DNA of 64,000 nucleotides, taken from assembly GCA_964016885.1 (NCBI GenBank), contig OZ024740.1:385454001-385518000 (forward strand), given 5' to 3'. Source of the stretch: Eledone cirrhosa (lineage: Eukaryota). Of this stretch, positions 39,956 through 54,484 are shown in pieces; the stretch's first letter is position 1; every line of letters starts with the position of its first letter. The notes below the pieces were generated by a model. That model did not search any database and was not told the origin of the DNA. It saw nothing but the letters and a program-made list of their open reading frames with translations. Made by a program: the position numbers and the translations under genes.

Positions 39956-41529
39956 TGAGTAATAATAATAATAAAACAAAATTTCACTCTTACTTTATAA
40001 TAGTGTGCATTTTCTAAACTATTAACACATACTTATGTCATTCTATCAATATCGTGGTTTGTACAGTTCACTTCAGAAGCCATATTTTGAGGCATAAACT
40101 TTTGTTTTGCCCTTGGGTATGAATTAAATTCATATACAATTATTTCTGACATATAATTTCAATGTTCTTAGTCATTGTTATGCCTTAAAACTATGGCTAT
40201 TCTCTTTCTAGTAATAGCTAATGTTAAAAATATAGTCATGGAGCTCCATTACAGCAAGTTATCATCAGATCTGTATCGTTTTGTCATTTTTCATTATTCC
40301 CTTCAAATCTGTCCATCTGTATGGCTGTCTGTCTGCTTGTCAGTCTGACTGTGTCTCTGACCACCTCTTATCTTCCCTCTTGCCACTCTTTTCCTTTCTA
40401 TATATAAGTGTATCAATTGCTTTATCTGCTCTTCTCTGGGGGAGGTTTCAAGTTGGCTTCTCGCAGATTGTTAGCATGTGTGTATGGGAATAGAGCATGA
40501 AAGGAAATATTTACATAATTATGTTTTCTAAACAAATATCCATAGAAACTGTGACTGGTCTATGGAATGGGCCCTCCTTTCCCCAGATATCTACTTCATC
40601 TGTCATTAAAGGAAGCTAGAAATAATATCATTTCATTCTTGATATGAAATAGTCCAACCAAATTTATTCATTCTCCTTCCTACATACGCTCTCCCCCTCA
40701 TCTGCCTGTTTTACAATTTTATGTTTATGTTCAGCTAGAAGAAATACATTTGTGTGTAACCTTGATTTCTTTTTCCTTTTGGATGGCAAAAGAACCATGA
40801 TTTATATATATATAAAGATGTGTGTGTGTGTTTGTGCACACATTTCTGTATGTGTATGCTCGTTTAATGTATGTGTTTATATACATGGATATATACAAGC
40901 ATTAACACACTTTCTTAAATATAGTGTTTTCAGTTTTCATATATACCCACCCACACGCAGAAACGCAAACACACATAGTTTACCTATAATGTTATTAATA
41001 CTGTGTGTTTGTGTGCCTACATGTGTATATATAAACGTTAACATACTTTCTTAAATATAGTGTTTTGCACTTTAGACAAACACACACACACATTTTAGTG
41101 AAAAGATGTGTATCCCAGGGTGGAGTTTTAGAATAGGTACTCTGTATCTCTGCATAAGAGGAGATATCTGTGTGTTTATGTTTGTATTTAGGCATATATC
41201 TGTGTATGTGTGTGAACTTATGCATATGTATGTACAACTTGATGTCCTTTAGCTCAGCCATGATCCAACAGAGCTATGATCATGGGAGTTCCACTGTAAC
41301 TATCCTGTATTCTGTTCCAGCATCGAATATATAGTACTACATTATTCAGTGGATCTATCTTTTTATCATAGGCAGTCAAGTATGATTTGAGTTATATTTT
41401 ACTAGAATTTCTAGTAGGTTAAGCAATCACATAAAAGCTCTTTTGTAGGTTTTATGTAAACAAAACATTTTTGTGTTGTACAAAACTGTATGTGTATGTG
41501 TGAGCACTTGATGAAAAGAAGCAATGCAG

Positions 41530-41840
41530 AATTGTGGTTCCACCAGAACAATGCTCCATGCCACAAGTAGCCATCTGGAGTACCAACATGGCAATGAATG
41601 TGGTACAACAACCACCCTATCGTCCTGAGCTGCCTCCTTATGATTTCTTCCTGTTCCCACACATGAAAGACAGCCTCAGCGGAATCAGATTTGAGTCAAC
41701 ACAGGAGATGAAGGAAATATCGGTGAATTTCCTGATGGAACTGCAGAAGGACTGGTAGAGTCTTCAATAATTGGGGAAGATGTATGTGCAAGTGTATAGG
41801 TGCAAGAGGTCATTATTTTGAAAGAGACAAAGTTTTGTAA
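41530..41840 (+). pseudogene. mariner transposase C-terminal relic
   Basis: HQNNAPCH (similar to HDNAxxH), QPPYRPELPPYDFFLFPHMK (similar to YSPDLAPxDF) and KCIGARGHYFE. Frameshifted. Confidence 0.85.
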
Positions 41841-41885
41841 GCTTATAAAATTAAATAATGTCTTTCCTGAGATGTTCTCATTACT

Positions 41886-42018
41886 TACGTCCCTTTACGA
41901 TCTGAGTTCAAATCCCGCCGAGGTTGACTTTTCCTTTCATCCTTACGGGGTCGATAACATAAAGTACCAGTAATGCACTGGGTAATTACTGGCCTTGTGC
42001 CTAAAGTAGAAACAATTA
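41886..42018 (+). mobile_element. tRNA-derived SINE (young subfamily)
   Basis: B box gagttcaaatccc followed by gaggttgacttttcctttcatccttacggggtcgata. Confidence 0.85.
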
Positions 42019-42544
42019 CTTATTGAACATACCTTGTATGTGTGGGTATGTGGGTATTTAGTAATTTAGTTTGTAAAGAAGGTTTAAGCCTCAAATTTAT
42101 GATGACCTTTTAATATATTACAAAATAAAATTACCTACTGAGGAGCTACAAGGAAAGTCTTGGCTATAAATGATTACATAAAACTTATAATATCACTGGG
42201 CAGGAGACCAAATATTTTGGACATTGTTCCTCCTTCCATGAGAAACATCATCTTCATCTTTTTGTGGTTGCTTTTCTATGCTTGCATGGATTGTATAGGT
42301 CTTTGCCAGTCCAGCGTCCATCAATTTGTTGCATTCTTTAGTCATCTCATAATCTAAACCATTTTACTCTACATATTTACTAAAACCAGTCAAACTGAAG
42401 TAACTTCAACATGGCTGATTGGATACTCTGGATAATGTAGTCCATAGTTCTAGACTTACACACCACTATATAAGATAGGTTAGTCATGGCTAGAATATCT
42501 TTGATCATAGCTTAATCAATCAGTGTTTACCTGGAGCTAAATGA

Positions 42545-42725
42545 TTTTTAATTTAGGCACAAGGCCAGCAAAGGAAGGATGAAAGGCAAATTTGACCTTG
42601 GCAGGATTTAAACTCTGAGAGCCAGAATAAATACGGCAATCTTCTGGCTCTCTATATTCTGAGTTCAAATTATGCCAAGGTCAACTTCACCATTCATCTT
42701 CCTGGGAATGATAAAATAAAGTTGA
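42545..42725. mobile_element. Head-to-head pair of partial tRNA SINEs
   Basis: Minus copy at about 42553-42630 and plus copy at about 42645-42722. Confidence 0.6.
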
Positions 42726-42746
42726 TCTAATAGCTACAACAGTAGA

Positions 42747-43025
42747 GGTGAATAGCCTAGTGGTAAGGGTGTTGGACTTATGATCATAATGCTGTGGGTT
42801 TGATTCCTGGAATGGGTTGTGTATTGTGTTCTTGAGCAAAACACTTCATTTCACATTGTAACAGTATACTCAACTAAAAATGAGTACCAGCAATAGCTGG
42901 GGATTTAACACTACAATGGACTGGTGTCTTTTCCAGAAGGGAGTCTTATACTCTCAGACACTTCATGCCCTGGAAACCGGGATAAACATCAGCCTGATGA
43001 ACTTCTGGGCTCGGGACAGACTTTA
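42747..43025 (+). mobile_element. tRNA-derived CORE-type SINE
   Basis: A box tagcctagtgg, B box ggtttgattcc, CORE-like tgtgttcttgagcaaaacactt, then aaaatgagtacc. Confidence 0.7.
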
Positions 43026-43831
43026 GAATAGCTACCAGTAATTAAAAAGAATAACTATGTAAAGGTTTTTAAGCTTAATTAATAAAATACATAAATAAAT
43101 CATTATCAGAGTGTTTCTTTCATTTAATTAAAAAGATATGTTCCCTGAGGTTTTTCAAAGAATACGGAGTGGGGAAACCAAGAGTTAATTACATTCATGC
43201 CTTCCTCATCACCCTCTCACACCAGCAGTTGATAGAACTATTATGAATATGCCCTAGAAGAAAATAGTGAAAAGTATGTACTCGTCATATAGTGACGTTG
43301 TCACAGACTTTCTCAGCTCTCCCTCTTACAAAGACCACCACTATGTTCCACATAGAAAGAGTGTGTGTGAGGATTAGTGAGCAAAATTTGTGTTGTGGTT
43401 TTTGACTGAAAATTAAAATGTTAGTATGGTTTCCAAGTCAACTAGGGTTATACCTTTTACCTCTTGTCTCCCTCTCCTGCATTTCAACTATCTTTCTTTC
43501 CTTTCTCTCTACTTCTAAACCACCTCTTCCTCTCTCTCCGTGTCACTTCAGACAACAGTATTTATGTATTTCAAACATAACTCTCATTGTCTCTGTCTTT
43601 CTTTCCATTCAATAAGGGTAAACAATCCCCATATGTTACCATGACAACTCTGACCTGAGGAAAGAATGGAATCAGTGTTTATTTTGATTGAGAAAACATG
43701 GCCTCTCTGTATGTCCTGTCTGTACCCAGTTTCAAAAACTTCATCATATACATACATAATCACATCTACTGTTCTTCAATTGCCATTCAATTTGAGCCAG
43801 TGTCACCACACTGGAGCCATTGCTAATATGT

Positions 43832-43832
<1 letters not shown>

Positions 43833-43884
<52 letters not shown>
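43833..43884. repeat. (CT)n microsatellite
   Basis: Direct read. Confidence 0.95.
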
Positions 43885-43888
<4 letters not shown>

Positions 43889-44390
43889 CTCCTGCCTCTT
43901 TCTCTTTGTTGATTCAGCTGAAATGTTTTTGGTGGGGAAGGAGGGTGCTTCTATTTTATAATCACCACCACCACTATACTGAATACATAAGTTATTAAAG
44001 ACTTTATTATTGTCCACTTGGCTGATTAAATCCATATGAATAAGATTGCTTTCTCACTCAACTAATATACTCTGCTGTGAAATGGTTACTGTTTTATATA
44101 TCTTGGCCAGCAAAACTGAAGTTCAGTCTCTGTATTTGTTATTGCTTTGGTTATAGGTAGCTATTGAACTTAGATCTTTAAAAAAATAAACTGCCTTAAA
44201 GTTTTAACCCTTTATTTCTAGTGAAAATAAATGCCTATGATTTTCCAAATAACACGAATTTGAAGGGATTTACTAATGTAAATCATTATTAAGTTGGTGT
44301 TTGGAGCATAGCATAACAAAGGCACTTACATGAAATTATTGTGGCAGGTTTTTAAGTAAATATTAACCCTAAGCATGGTCTGGACACTGC

Positions 44391-44780
44391 AGGCTTATCT
44401 TTCCAGCTCGAGCCAGTGGGGCTGAACTGAGGAGACAGTAAAATGCCAGATGGCATGATAATCTTTTCATTTCACAGTGGTAGGCCTCTCATCTGGGATG
44501 TTACATGTTCTGACACCTTCTCCAGTGGCAACCTGGTGTATTAGCCCTGGTTTTGTTGCTTGTCAGGCCGAAGAGGGCAAATTGTCACATTATTAGCCAC
44601 TCTTTGATAAGTTTGTGATCGAGCCTGTGACAGTGAAGACCTCCTGCATTCTTGGCTCCTGGGCCACACCCCTACTTACTGCTATCCAGGCAGATTTGGC
44701 TATCCCCTTTGAGCAAGACCTGCAATTTAGAGTGGCTGTTCCAGTTTCCCCGCCATCTTCCAGGTAATGTCTTCATTCTG
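44391..44780 (+). pseudogene. CRE-clade non-LTR retrotransposon relic (restriction-like endonuclease)
   Basis: LEPVGLN*GDSKMPDGM...GRPLIWDVTCSDTF (similar to LEPxGLxRGDGKRPDG...WDxT) and AEEGKLSHY*..FVIEPVTVKTS. Confidence 0.75.
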
Positions 44781-45495
44781 TCCACAAGGTGGACTAATCC
44801 TTAAACAGTTCGGTATCCTTTTAATCTCACTTTTGATCTCATGATAGTCAATACCTATGGTTTTCAAATCATTTTGAAAATACTCACATATTGTAAGAAA
44901 TTTAGGAATATAATTAACTTTCTTATTATTAAGTTGATGTTTAGAGTATAACTTAACTTTGATTATTATGTAAAATTATGATGGATTTAAAACGAACAGT
45001 ACCATATCATTGAACCAGGGGCAGTTTCAAACAGTTTTGTATCAAAAGTGTTAAGAACTTAACTGCTGTATTATTATTCTAAGAAGCATATATAATTTAT
45101 TTCAGGAATGAAAATTTTGTAAACACGGTGTTTACATTCTTCACATAGATGTAGGAGTATAACTTTCTCTATAAACATTATTTATTCAATCAGATTGTGT
45201 TTCTATGTTGAAAATTGAAAAATCTGCTACTCTTTCTGATTTGCTGCTATTTTTGATTTTATGGTATTTTTCAAAATAATTCTTAATTGTATTGTTGGTT
45301 TAAAATTTGTTTTTCTATTTTTAAACAAACAAACAAACAAACAGATAATTAAATAAATGAACCAGGGATGTACATAATATATACATTTAATTACAAGTAA
45401 TAAAATTGTGAAGTGATGCTGTTTTTATTTATGTTTCTAAGAATTTTTGGAACTTAAAGGTTGGCAACATGTAGAATCTTATTATTGCTTTTATG

Positions 45496-45497
<2 letters not shown>

Positions 45498-45581
<84 letters not shown>

Positions 45582-45587
45582 AGAGAG
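45498..45587. repeat. (CT)n microsatellite followed by a short (GA)n
   Basis: Direct read. Confidence 0.95.
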
Positions 45588-46274
45588 AAAATTTTGACAT
45601 TTAGCCAGATTCTATTTGGAAGTAGGTTTCATCTCGACATCGCAAATTAATTAAACTAATGAAATACTTATCCCCTAATACCATCCTCCTTACCTTTCAT
45701 GGCCCTTTTTGTACCTATTTTATTGCTAGTTAGATTGGCTGAATGTAGGGTTTCAGCTAGCTGTGTCATAATATGCGGATTTACTTGCTGAAAGGTTAGT
45801 GTCTACTCTTTCTGTAGCCAGGCCATATCTCCTAATTCTTAGTTTCACTCCAATTTACAATAAGTGCCATTTACAGGAACTGCTTATCTCTATAAAAGTA
45901 AAACACTGTATAATTAACATTTTCATTACCATATTTCTGATGAAATACACTACTTGTATTTCAATTAATTTTCAAAATAATCAATAATTTGGTGTGATAT
46001 AGTAAAATAACAAACTTTCTTGTTATTAAGCTGGTGATTTGAACATAACTTGAGAAAAGGTTATTACATAAATTCATAATGGAAAGTTTTAATTCATATC
46101 TATGAATACTTGTAGTGAGTAGTTTTGTCTCATAGAACCACAGATGGTTTCAAGCAAGCTGGTATAGAAAAGGTTAACCTATTTTGTTACTTTGAAATAC
46201 TGAGTTCACATCCATCTTTGGGTCAAAATTCAGCTTCAAGCTAACTCTCCACTAACCTTGCACCAGATTAGGAC

Positions 46275-46400
46275 ACAGCATGGTTGAATGGTTAAGAGAT
46301 TCACTTCACAATCATTAGGTCCCAGATTCAATGCCACTGTGTGGCATCTTGAGCAAATGCATTAGATCGACCCAGGATATATGTGTGAAATTGGGTAGAT
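46275..46400 (+). mobile_element. Degenerate tRNA/CORE SINE head
   Basis: catggttgaatggttaag...agattcaatgccactgtgtggcatcttgagcaa. Confidence 0.5.
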
Positions 46401-46514
46401 GCAAATAGTTTCAAGGTTTGATGGATTGGCTGTGCCAATAATTGATAGAGCCAGCCTTGTCATATGCTGTTTAGTGCTGAGAATTACATGCCTGAGGAAT
46501 GCTCAGTTTCATTA

Positions 46515-46810
46515 TCACCATCATCATCATTTTACATTCATTGTTCCATGCTTGCATGGATTGGATCGATCCTTCTCAGTACAACATCTGCCCACTTGTT
46601 GCATTCCTTTTCCATCTCTTCCATGAGCTTCAGTGATTTGAGATCAGCTCTCATCACTTCCATCCAGGTCTCCATCTTCCTCTTCTGTGGCTTCCTTCCA
46701 CTGGGATTACTTGACATTTTTTCACCCAGTGATCAACATCCGTGTGCATCATATGTCCATACGAATGCAGTTTCCTCTGTTGCACACTACTTCTGATTCT
46801 GCTTACATGT
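46515..46810 (-). mobile_element. Old RTE 3' end
   Basis: Minus strand reads ...TWMEVMRADLKSLKL..., then ccatgcaagcatggaac and a (GAT)n tail. Confidence 0.6.
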
Positions 46811-48039
46811 TAATTTTATGAGTAGGCTGTTCCATTGATCAAACAACTTGAACGTTCATTGTTGAAACCAAATTATCATTATCAGATTAGTATCTAAGTT
46901 CTTTTAACAGTCCAACTCAATATTAATCTCATCATACACTGAAATTAATCACTGGGTGGGAAACTCACTTAACTTTAAAGACTTTTACAACTCTGAGTTC
47001 AACAACAGACTAAACTATAGCAAAAGTTGAGTGTCTTTGCCATGTGTTCAGCACAGCATTACTAATAATCCATTAACTTTTTCAGTTAGTAAGCTGGTCA
47101 CCAAAGGAATTCAGCTATTTATGACTGTTTCAAACAAAAAAAAAACTGTGCTAAAGGCTATGATAAATAAATAATATCTCAAGCAACAGGATTTATATTA
47201 TAGATCGAGAAATTATACAACAGTTTTTTTCACTTAGTTTCAGCGCTCCATCATTGACTTTTCTCTATAGTTTTTACAAAGTAATGCTAGATTGCTGGTC
47301 TCAAGGTCCTTTCCTCTGAGAAAAAGGAAGTATAGTGGTCAATTAATTTTGTTCTCCTCTGGATATTACTGATATGGTACTTATTTTTATTTGCTTGGTA
47401 GGATGAAAGGAGAGATATATGCTATAAATCACTAAATCTAACTTTCTAACTCTCACCCTCTATTTACAAGTCTCAATCATCTTCCTCAACTCATAATAAT
47501 AATACCAACAACAACAACAATAATAAATAACACTAATAATATATTAGCTTAACATTATTGTTACCTCTTGGTGAAATCTACAGAGACACTGAATAAATTT
47601 ATGGTTATGCATTAATCTTCATCATATGACTGTTGGTTTTGTTAAAGCCACATAAAGAGGTATTAAGGCAACATTTCATTTTCATGATTGACTTAATGAC
47701 TTTGTTCCTCTTAACTCTCATTGTGCTACAGTAAAAGTTCTTGCAATTTGATAAGATTAATTTCTCCTTTCTTCCTTCTTTGTTTTCCTCTATATTTTGC
47801 AGGCAATTGTACAGGATGTTTTATTATGACACTCTACTAAAACAGTCTATATCTTTTACTGCAGGGTTTTTCATTTTTGTTTCTATTTGTTTTGTTGTTG
47901 TTGTTTTCTTTTCTTTTTTGTATTCTTGCCACTTCTAATGCAATGATGATGTGATCTGTGCTTTATGTTATATATATATATATATGTATACTTGTATATA
48001 TATATATATATATGTATACTTGTATATATATATATATGT

Positions 48040-48076
<37 letters not shown>

Positions 48077-48211
48077 CATGAATATATATATATATATATG
48101 TAGACATGTATATGTATATATGTATGTATACATGTATATATATATATATATATATGTATACATGAATATATATATATATATATGTAGACATGTATATGTA
48201 TATATGTATGT

Positions 48212-48253
<42 letters not shown>

Positions 48254-48261
48254 ATATATAT

Positions 48262-50185
<1,924 letters not shown>

Positions 50186-53126
50186 TATCATCATCAACGT
50201 TTAACGTCCGTGTTCCACGCTCGCATGGGTTTGGACGGGGGTTTTCCCACTTGAGGCAAGAGTGATTGTCTTGCTCGCATAGGACTGTCTGGCAGGTTTT
50301 CTACAGTTGGATGCCCTTCCTAACACCAACCACATTTACAGTGTGGGGCTGGGAGGTTTTTACCGTGTTGCCTACACGGCCACATTACAGCGTGGACTGT
50401 GTGTTTTTTGTCGTGACACCTACACGATCTCATTTGTTTCGGCCTGGATGGTGTGGCACCAACATAACTTTACATAGAAGGGTGTGGTGTGGATGGGGTG
50501 GGGGAAGGGGTGTATTTTGTTAGAGATGCCTACTGACTGTAGTAGGTTTTACTATGTATTTAGGTAACGCGGGTCTTCTCTATTACTGAGTACCGCCAAA
50601 GGTCTCGGTCCAGTGACATTGTCTTGGAGAGGTGTAAGTGTGTGAGGTCGGAGTTTATCAGCTCGTCCCAGGTTTTTCTAGGTCTGCCTATTCCGTGGCT
50701 ACCATCTATCTTTATTGCCCTGCACTTTGTTATACAACTATCGACTTTCATGCGCATCACGTGTCCATACCAACGTAGCCTTCTCTCGAGTAAACAACAT
50801 CTGATCCCTCTTATTTCTAATTTTTTCCTTAGTTCGTTTCTGCTTTGCCGTTCACGTATATTACTATTACACATCCAGCGGAGCATGCAAGCTTCGTTCC
50901 TCTCTAGTCTGCGTATATCCTCTGCACACAGTGCCCAGGTCTCACTGCCATGCAACATTGCTGTTTGTATGCAGGCATCATACAACCTGCCTTTCATTTT
51001 TAGGGAGAACCCTTTAGCGGCTAATAGTGGTATAAGCTCTCTGAACTTTTTCCATCCAGTTCTGACTCTAGCTATTGTACTTTCAGAGCACCCTCCCCCA
51101 CTGCTGATTTTGTCACCCAGGTAACGGAAGCTGTCCACTATTTTTATAGAGCCCTCTGCGCAGTTGTAAGAGCTAGTATTTTGTGGGCACTTGCTGCTAC
51201 TTATTGCACCAGAGCACCGGCCACATGTAAAATCTATGTTCTTAGTTAGCTTACCTGTGATCCCACTACATCTATTATGCACCCATACTTTGCATTTGGG
51301 ACATAAAATGGAGTTTCTACCTACGCCTTTCCTACACACTGAGCATGGCCATTTCCCGGAAGGTACCGCCGCCTTATTTTCTTTCCTACAAATTAGAACT
51401 TTAGTCTTAGCCAGGTTAATTTTAAGGCCTTTTGATTCTAGGCCATGCTTCCATGTTTGGAATTTCTTCTCTAGCTCGGCCATTGATTCAGCTATGAGTG
51501 TTAGGTCGTCTGCGTATAGGAGTTCCCATGGGCAGCCGGTCTTGAACTCCTCTGTTATAGCCTGAAGGGCAATAATAAATAGTAGGGGGCTGAGAACAGA
51601 GCCGTGATGGACGCCAACTTTTACGCTAAACTCTTCACTATATTCGTTGTTAATTCTAACCTTGCTGACTGTTTCTTTATACATGGCTTGTATAGCTCTC
51701 ACAAGCCATTCGTTGACACCTAGTTTTCTAAGGGCCCACCAGATAATGGAACGGGGGACTCTGTCGAAGGCTTTCTCCAAGTCGACAAAAGCTAAGTAGA
51801 GAGGATTACCTTTAGCTAGGTACTTCTCCTGTAGTTGTCGGACAATGAAAAGAGCGTCTGTGGTACTTTTGCCTGACACAAACCCGAACTGCATTTCATC
51901 TAGGTCAATTCTCTCTCTGATTAGTTGCGCTATTACTTTTTCCGTGACCTTCATGACCTGGTCGATTAATTTAATGCCTCTATAGTTACTCCTATCTAGG
52001 GCATCTCCTTTACCCTTATAACAGTTAACGATGATGCTGCTATGCCAGTCCTTCGGAACAACCCCATTCTGTACGACTTGGTTAACTATCCAGGTGACCA
52101 TGGTGTGTCCCACCGTGCCAGATGCCTTCAGCATCTCAGCAACTATTTCCGAAGGCCCAGCCGCCTTACCCGTCTTCATATCCTTGATTGCCTTACTTAT
52201 TATACTACCCTCGACTAACACTGCTGGTCCCTCTATTGGGTCGATGTGGGGCAGACTGTCTTTCTCCCATTTATTCTCCTCATTTAGTAGCCTTTCATAG
52301 TGACACTTCCAAGCTACCTTCTCATCAGCGTCGGTGATGGCAAGTACGCCGTCATCATTAAGTACACACTTCTCCCCGACAATATCACGGTTTTCCTTGA
52401 CACATTGCCTAGCAATCCTGAACACCTCACGTTTTTGGTCATCGCGTTGTAGAACATGCTTGAAATTTCTTTCCTCTGCTTCCCTACTTGCGAAGTACAC
52501 TTGTCTCCTAGCTTCCCTCCTGGCCACTTGATAGTCTTCTCTACTTCCCCCATCCCGCCATACTTTCCAAGCCTGCTTTTTGGCCTTAATTGACCCCTCC
52601 ACCTTACTGTTCCACCACCATGTTACTCTCCTCCTGCCTACAGGCCTGCTCCAGCCACAGACTTTGTCTGGCGCCATCAGCAGGTTTGCTTTCAGAAATT
52701 CCCACTGTCCCTCTATATTGTCCAACTCTAAATGCTCTTCCTTACTGTCGAAAGCATCAAGTAATATGCTTTGAAATTTATTTCTGGCTGTGGGGTCCTT
52801 TAGCTTCCATATTTTTCTCCTGAGGATAGTCCTCTTCTGCTGTCGAGTACGTCTCGTCCTGACTATGAGGTCGCTAATTATCAGTCTATGTTGGGAGGTG
52901 CATTCTTCCTGGGGGAGGGATTTAGTGTTTACAACAGACACTCTGTCACGTCTTCTGCTCAGGATATAATCTACCTGGCTTGTGTGTTCCCCAGATCAGG
53001 TGATTGTCACGTTTTTTTAAGTTAGTGTTACAGATTGTTAGGTTATTTGCGTCACAGAATTCCAGGATTCTGGAGCCTTCCTCATTTCTAGTACCAAACC
53101 CATAGCCTCCATGGATTTCGTCGTAT
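50186..53126 (-). mobile_element. RTE LINE copy 1, 5'-truncated within the APE endonuclease
   Basis: APE remnant [26 protein letters not shown] at 52941-53125, a 793-aa ORF, a 3'UTR and a (GAT)n tail. Confidence 0.95.
50560..52941 (-). CDS. RTE ORF2 (end of APE, reverse transcriptase, PHD-like finger); truncated and probably inactive
   Basis: [39 protein letters not shown] (Q to H change), LYADD, FRYLG, RRLRWYGHV, GRPRKTW. Confidence 0.9.
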   Translation of the reverse strand: MSVVNTKSLPQEECTSQHRLIISDLIVRTRRTRQQKRTILRRKIWKLKDPTARNKFQSILLDAFDSKEEHLELDNIEGQWEFLKANLLMAPDKVCGWSRPVGRRRVTWWWNSKVEGSIKAKKQAWKVWRDGGSREDYQVARREARRQVYFASREAEERNFKHVLQRDDQKREVFRIARQCVKENRDIVGEKCVLNDDGVLAITDADEKVAWKCHYERLLNEENKWEKDSLPHIDPIEGPAVLVEGSIISKAIKDMKTGKAAGPSEIVAEMLKASGTVGHTMVTWIVNQVVQNGVVPKDWHSSIIVNCYKGKGDALDRSNYRGIKLIDQVMKVTEKVIAQLIRERIDLDEMQFGFVSGKSTTDALFIVRQLQEKYLAKGNPLYLAFVDLEKAFDRVPRSIIWWALRKLGVNEWLVRAIQAMYKETVSKVRINNEYSEEFSVKVGVHHGSVLSPLLFIIALQAITEEFKTGCPWELLYADDLTLIAESMAELEKKFQTWKHGLESKGLKINLAKTKVLICRKENKAAVPSGKWPCSVCRKGVGRNSILCPKCKVWVHNRCSGITGKLTKNIDFTCGRCSGAISSSKCPQNTSSYNCAEGSIKIVDSFRYLGDKISSGGGCSESTIARVRTGWKKFRELIPLLAAKGFSLKMKGRLYDACIQTAMLHGSETWALCAEDIRRLERNEACMLRWMCNSNIRERQSRNELRKKLEIRGIRCCLLERRLRWYGHVMRMKVDSCITKCRAIKIDGSHGIGRPRKTWDELINSDLTHLHLSKTMSLDRDLWRYSVIEKTRVT

Positions 53127-53356
53127 CTATATATATATATATATACATATATGTATATAAATATATATATATATGTATATATATATATAAATAAATATGT
53201 ATATAAATATATATATATATGTATGTATATATATATATATAAATAAATCTATATATCTATATATATATATATATATGTATCTATATATATATATGTATAT
53301 AAATATATATATATATATATAAATATATATATATGTATATATATATATGTATATAA

Positions 53357-53391
<35 letters not shown>

Positions 53392-53396
53392 AATAA

Positions 53397-53427
<31 letters not shown>

Positions 53428-53469
53428 AATAAATATATAAATATATATGTATATATATATATGTATATG

Positions 53470-53501
<32 letters not shown>

Positions 53502-53536
53502 TGTATATAAATATATATATATATATATGTATATAA

Positions 53537-53570
<34 letters not shown>

Positions 53571-53645
53571 GTATATAAATATATATATATATGTATATAA
53601 ATATATATATATAAGTATATAAATATATATATATAAATATATAAA

Positions 53646-53676
<31 letters not shown>

Positions 53677-53677
53677 T
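53127..53677. repeat. (TA)n array with TAAA variants
   Basis: Direct read. Confidence 0.95.
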
Positions 53678-54354
53678 TCGTTTCTGAATTTGTTTAGCAA
53701 GATTCTTTATCTGATATCGTGTGTTGAAACCGATATTGTTATACTTTGGGAGGGTCATGTTGCCAATAAGAAACACACGCACCAGTTGCTTTCACTTCAA
53801 TTTATTATATATTTATAAATTTATAAATTTACAAATCTACAAATCTATAAATTTCTGGTTGGTTGGTTGGTTCCACAACCAGATAGTTGTTTATATATAG
53901 TCATAGTCCTTTCGTCACACACTCTGTGACCTCTTCAGTGACTGGGGATTCCTTTCTTTGTTTCTGTGCCTTTCCTTTCTTCTGTCCTACGCCATTTTGT
54001 TTCTGTGTGTGTGTGTGTTGTGTGCTCAGTTTGCGCATGCACCACATCCGGGTGTCTGTTTGTGTTCATTTATCTATACAAAGTCAATCTGTAAACGCAG
54101 AACTGGATATTTCAAAAAACGTTGCAACCGGAGGAAGACAGGAAGACGATACTTTGGTTCGTGGTAACGTTCGCTGGCAAAGAAAAGGCACGCCAACGCA
54201 ACCTTTTAATGAACGCGTCTTCCTGTCTTCCTCCGGTTGCAAGGTTTTTTGAAATATCCAGTTCTGCGTTTACAGATTGACTTTGTTAGTTTCAGAAGAT
54301 CCCGTTAAGGGTGAAAGCAGCGATTCTTTGCTTAAACTTTAATCTGTTATTTTA

Positions 54355-54360
<6 letters not shown>
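53678..54360. mobile_element. TA-flanked module A: minus-strand MTLPKYNN peptide start, 71-bp inverted repeat and degenerate hammerhead
   Basis: ATG at 53758 on the minus strand. Inverted repeat 54078-54148 / 54216-54286. cagaaga-t-ccc-gttaa-ggg-t-gaaa at 54293-54316. Confidence 0.65.
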
Positions 54361-54397
<37 letters not shown>

Positions 54398-54484
54398 TAT
54401 ATATATGTAAATATACACGGGTGTGTATGATTGTGTATGATTTTCACAGTTGAAAATTGCAAACTCGACTGTCACCACATATCA

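Noticed and set aside
42747-42815. Possible tRNA gene (A and B boxes)
   Set aside because: No cloverleaf, and it continues into a CORE-like SINE body.
42993-43020. ctgatga motif
   Set aside because: No downstream stem II or GAAA. It is part of a SINE 3' region.
47760-47870. Strong plus-strand polypyrimidine/AG acceptor-like sites
   Set aside because: No matching donor or convincing coding frame follows.
50624-52823. Several plus-strand ORFs overlapping RTE copy 1 (and equivalents over the other LINEs)
   Set aside because: Antisense shadow frames of the LINE ORF2.
53711-53742. ctgatat...gaaac as a possible hammerhead
   Set aside because: The core mismatches CUGANGA and there is no stem II. 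Its conservation is better explained by the opposite-strand peptide.
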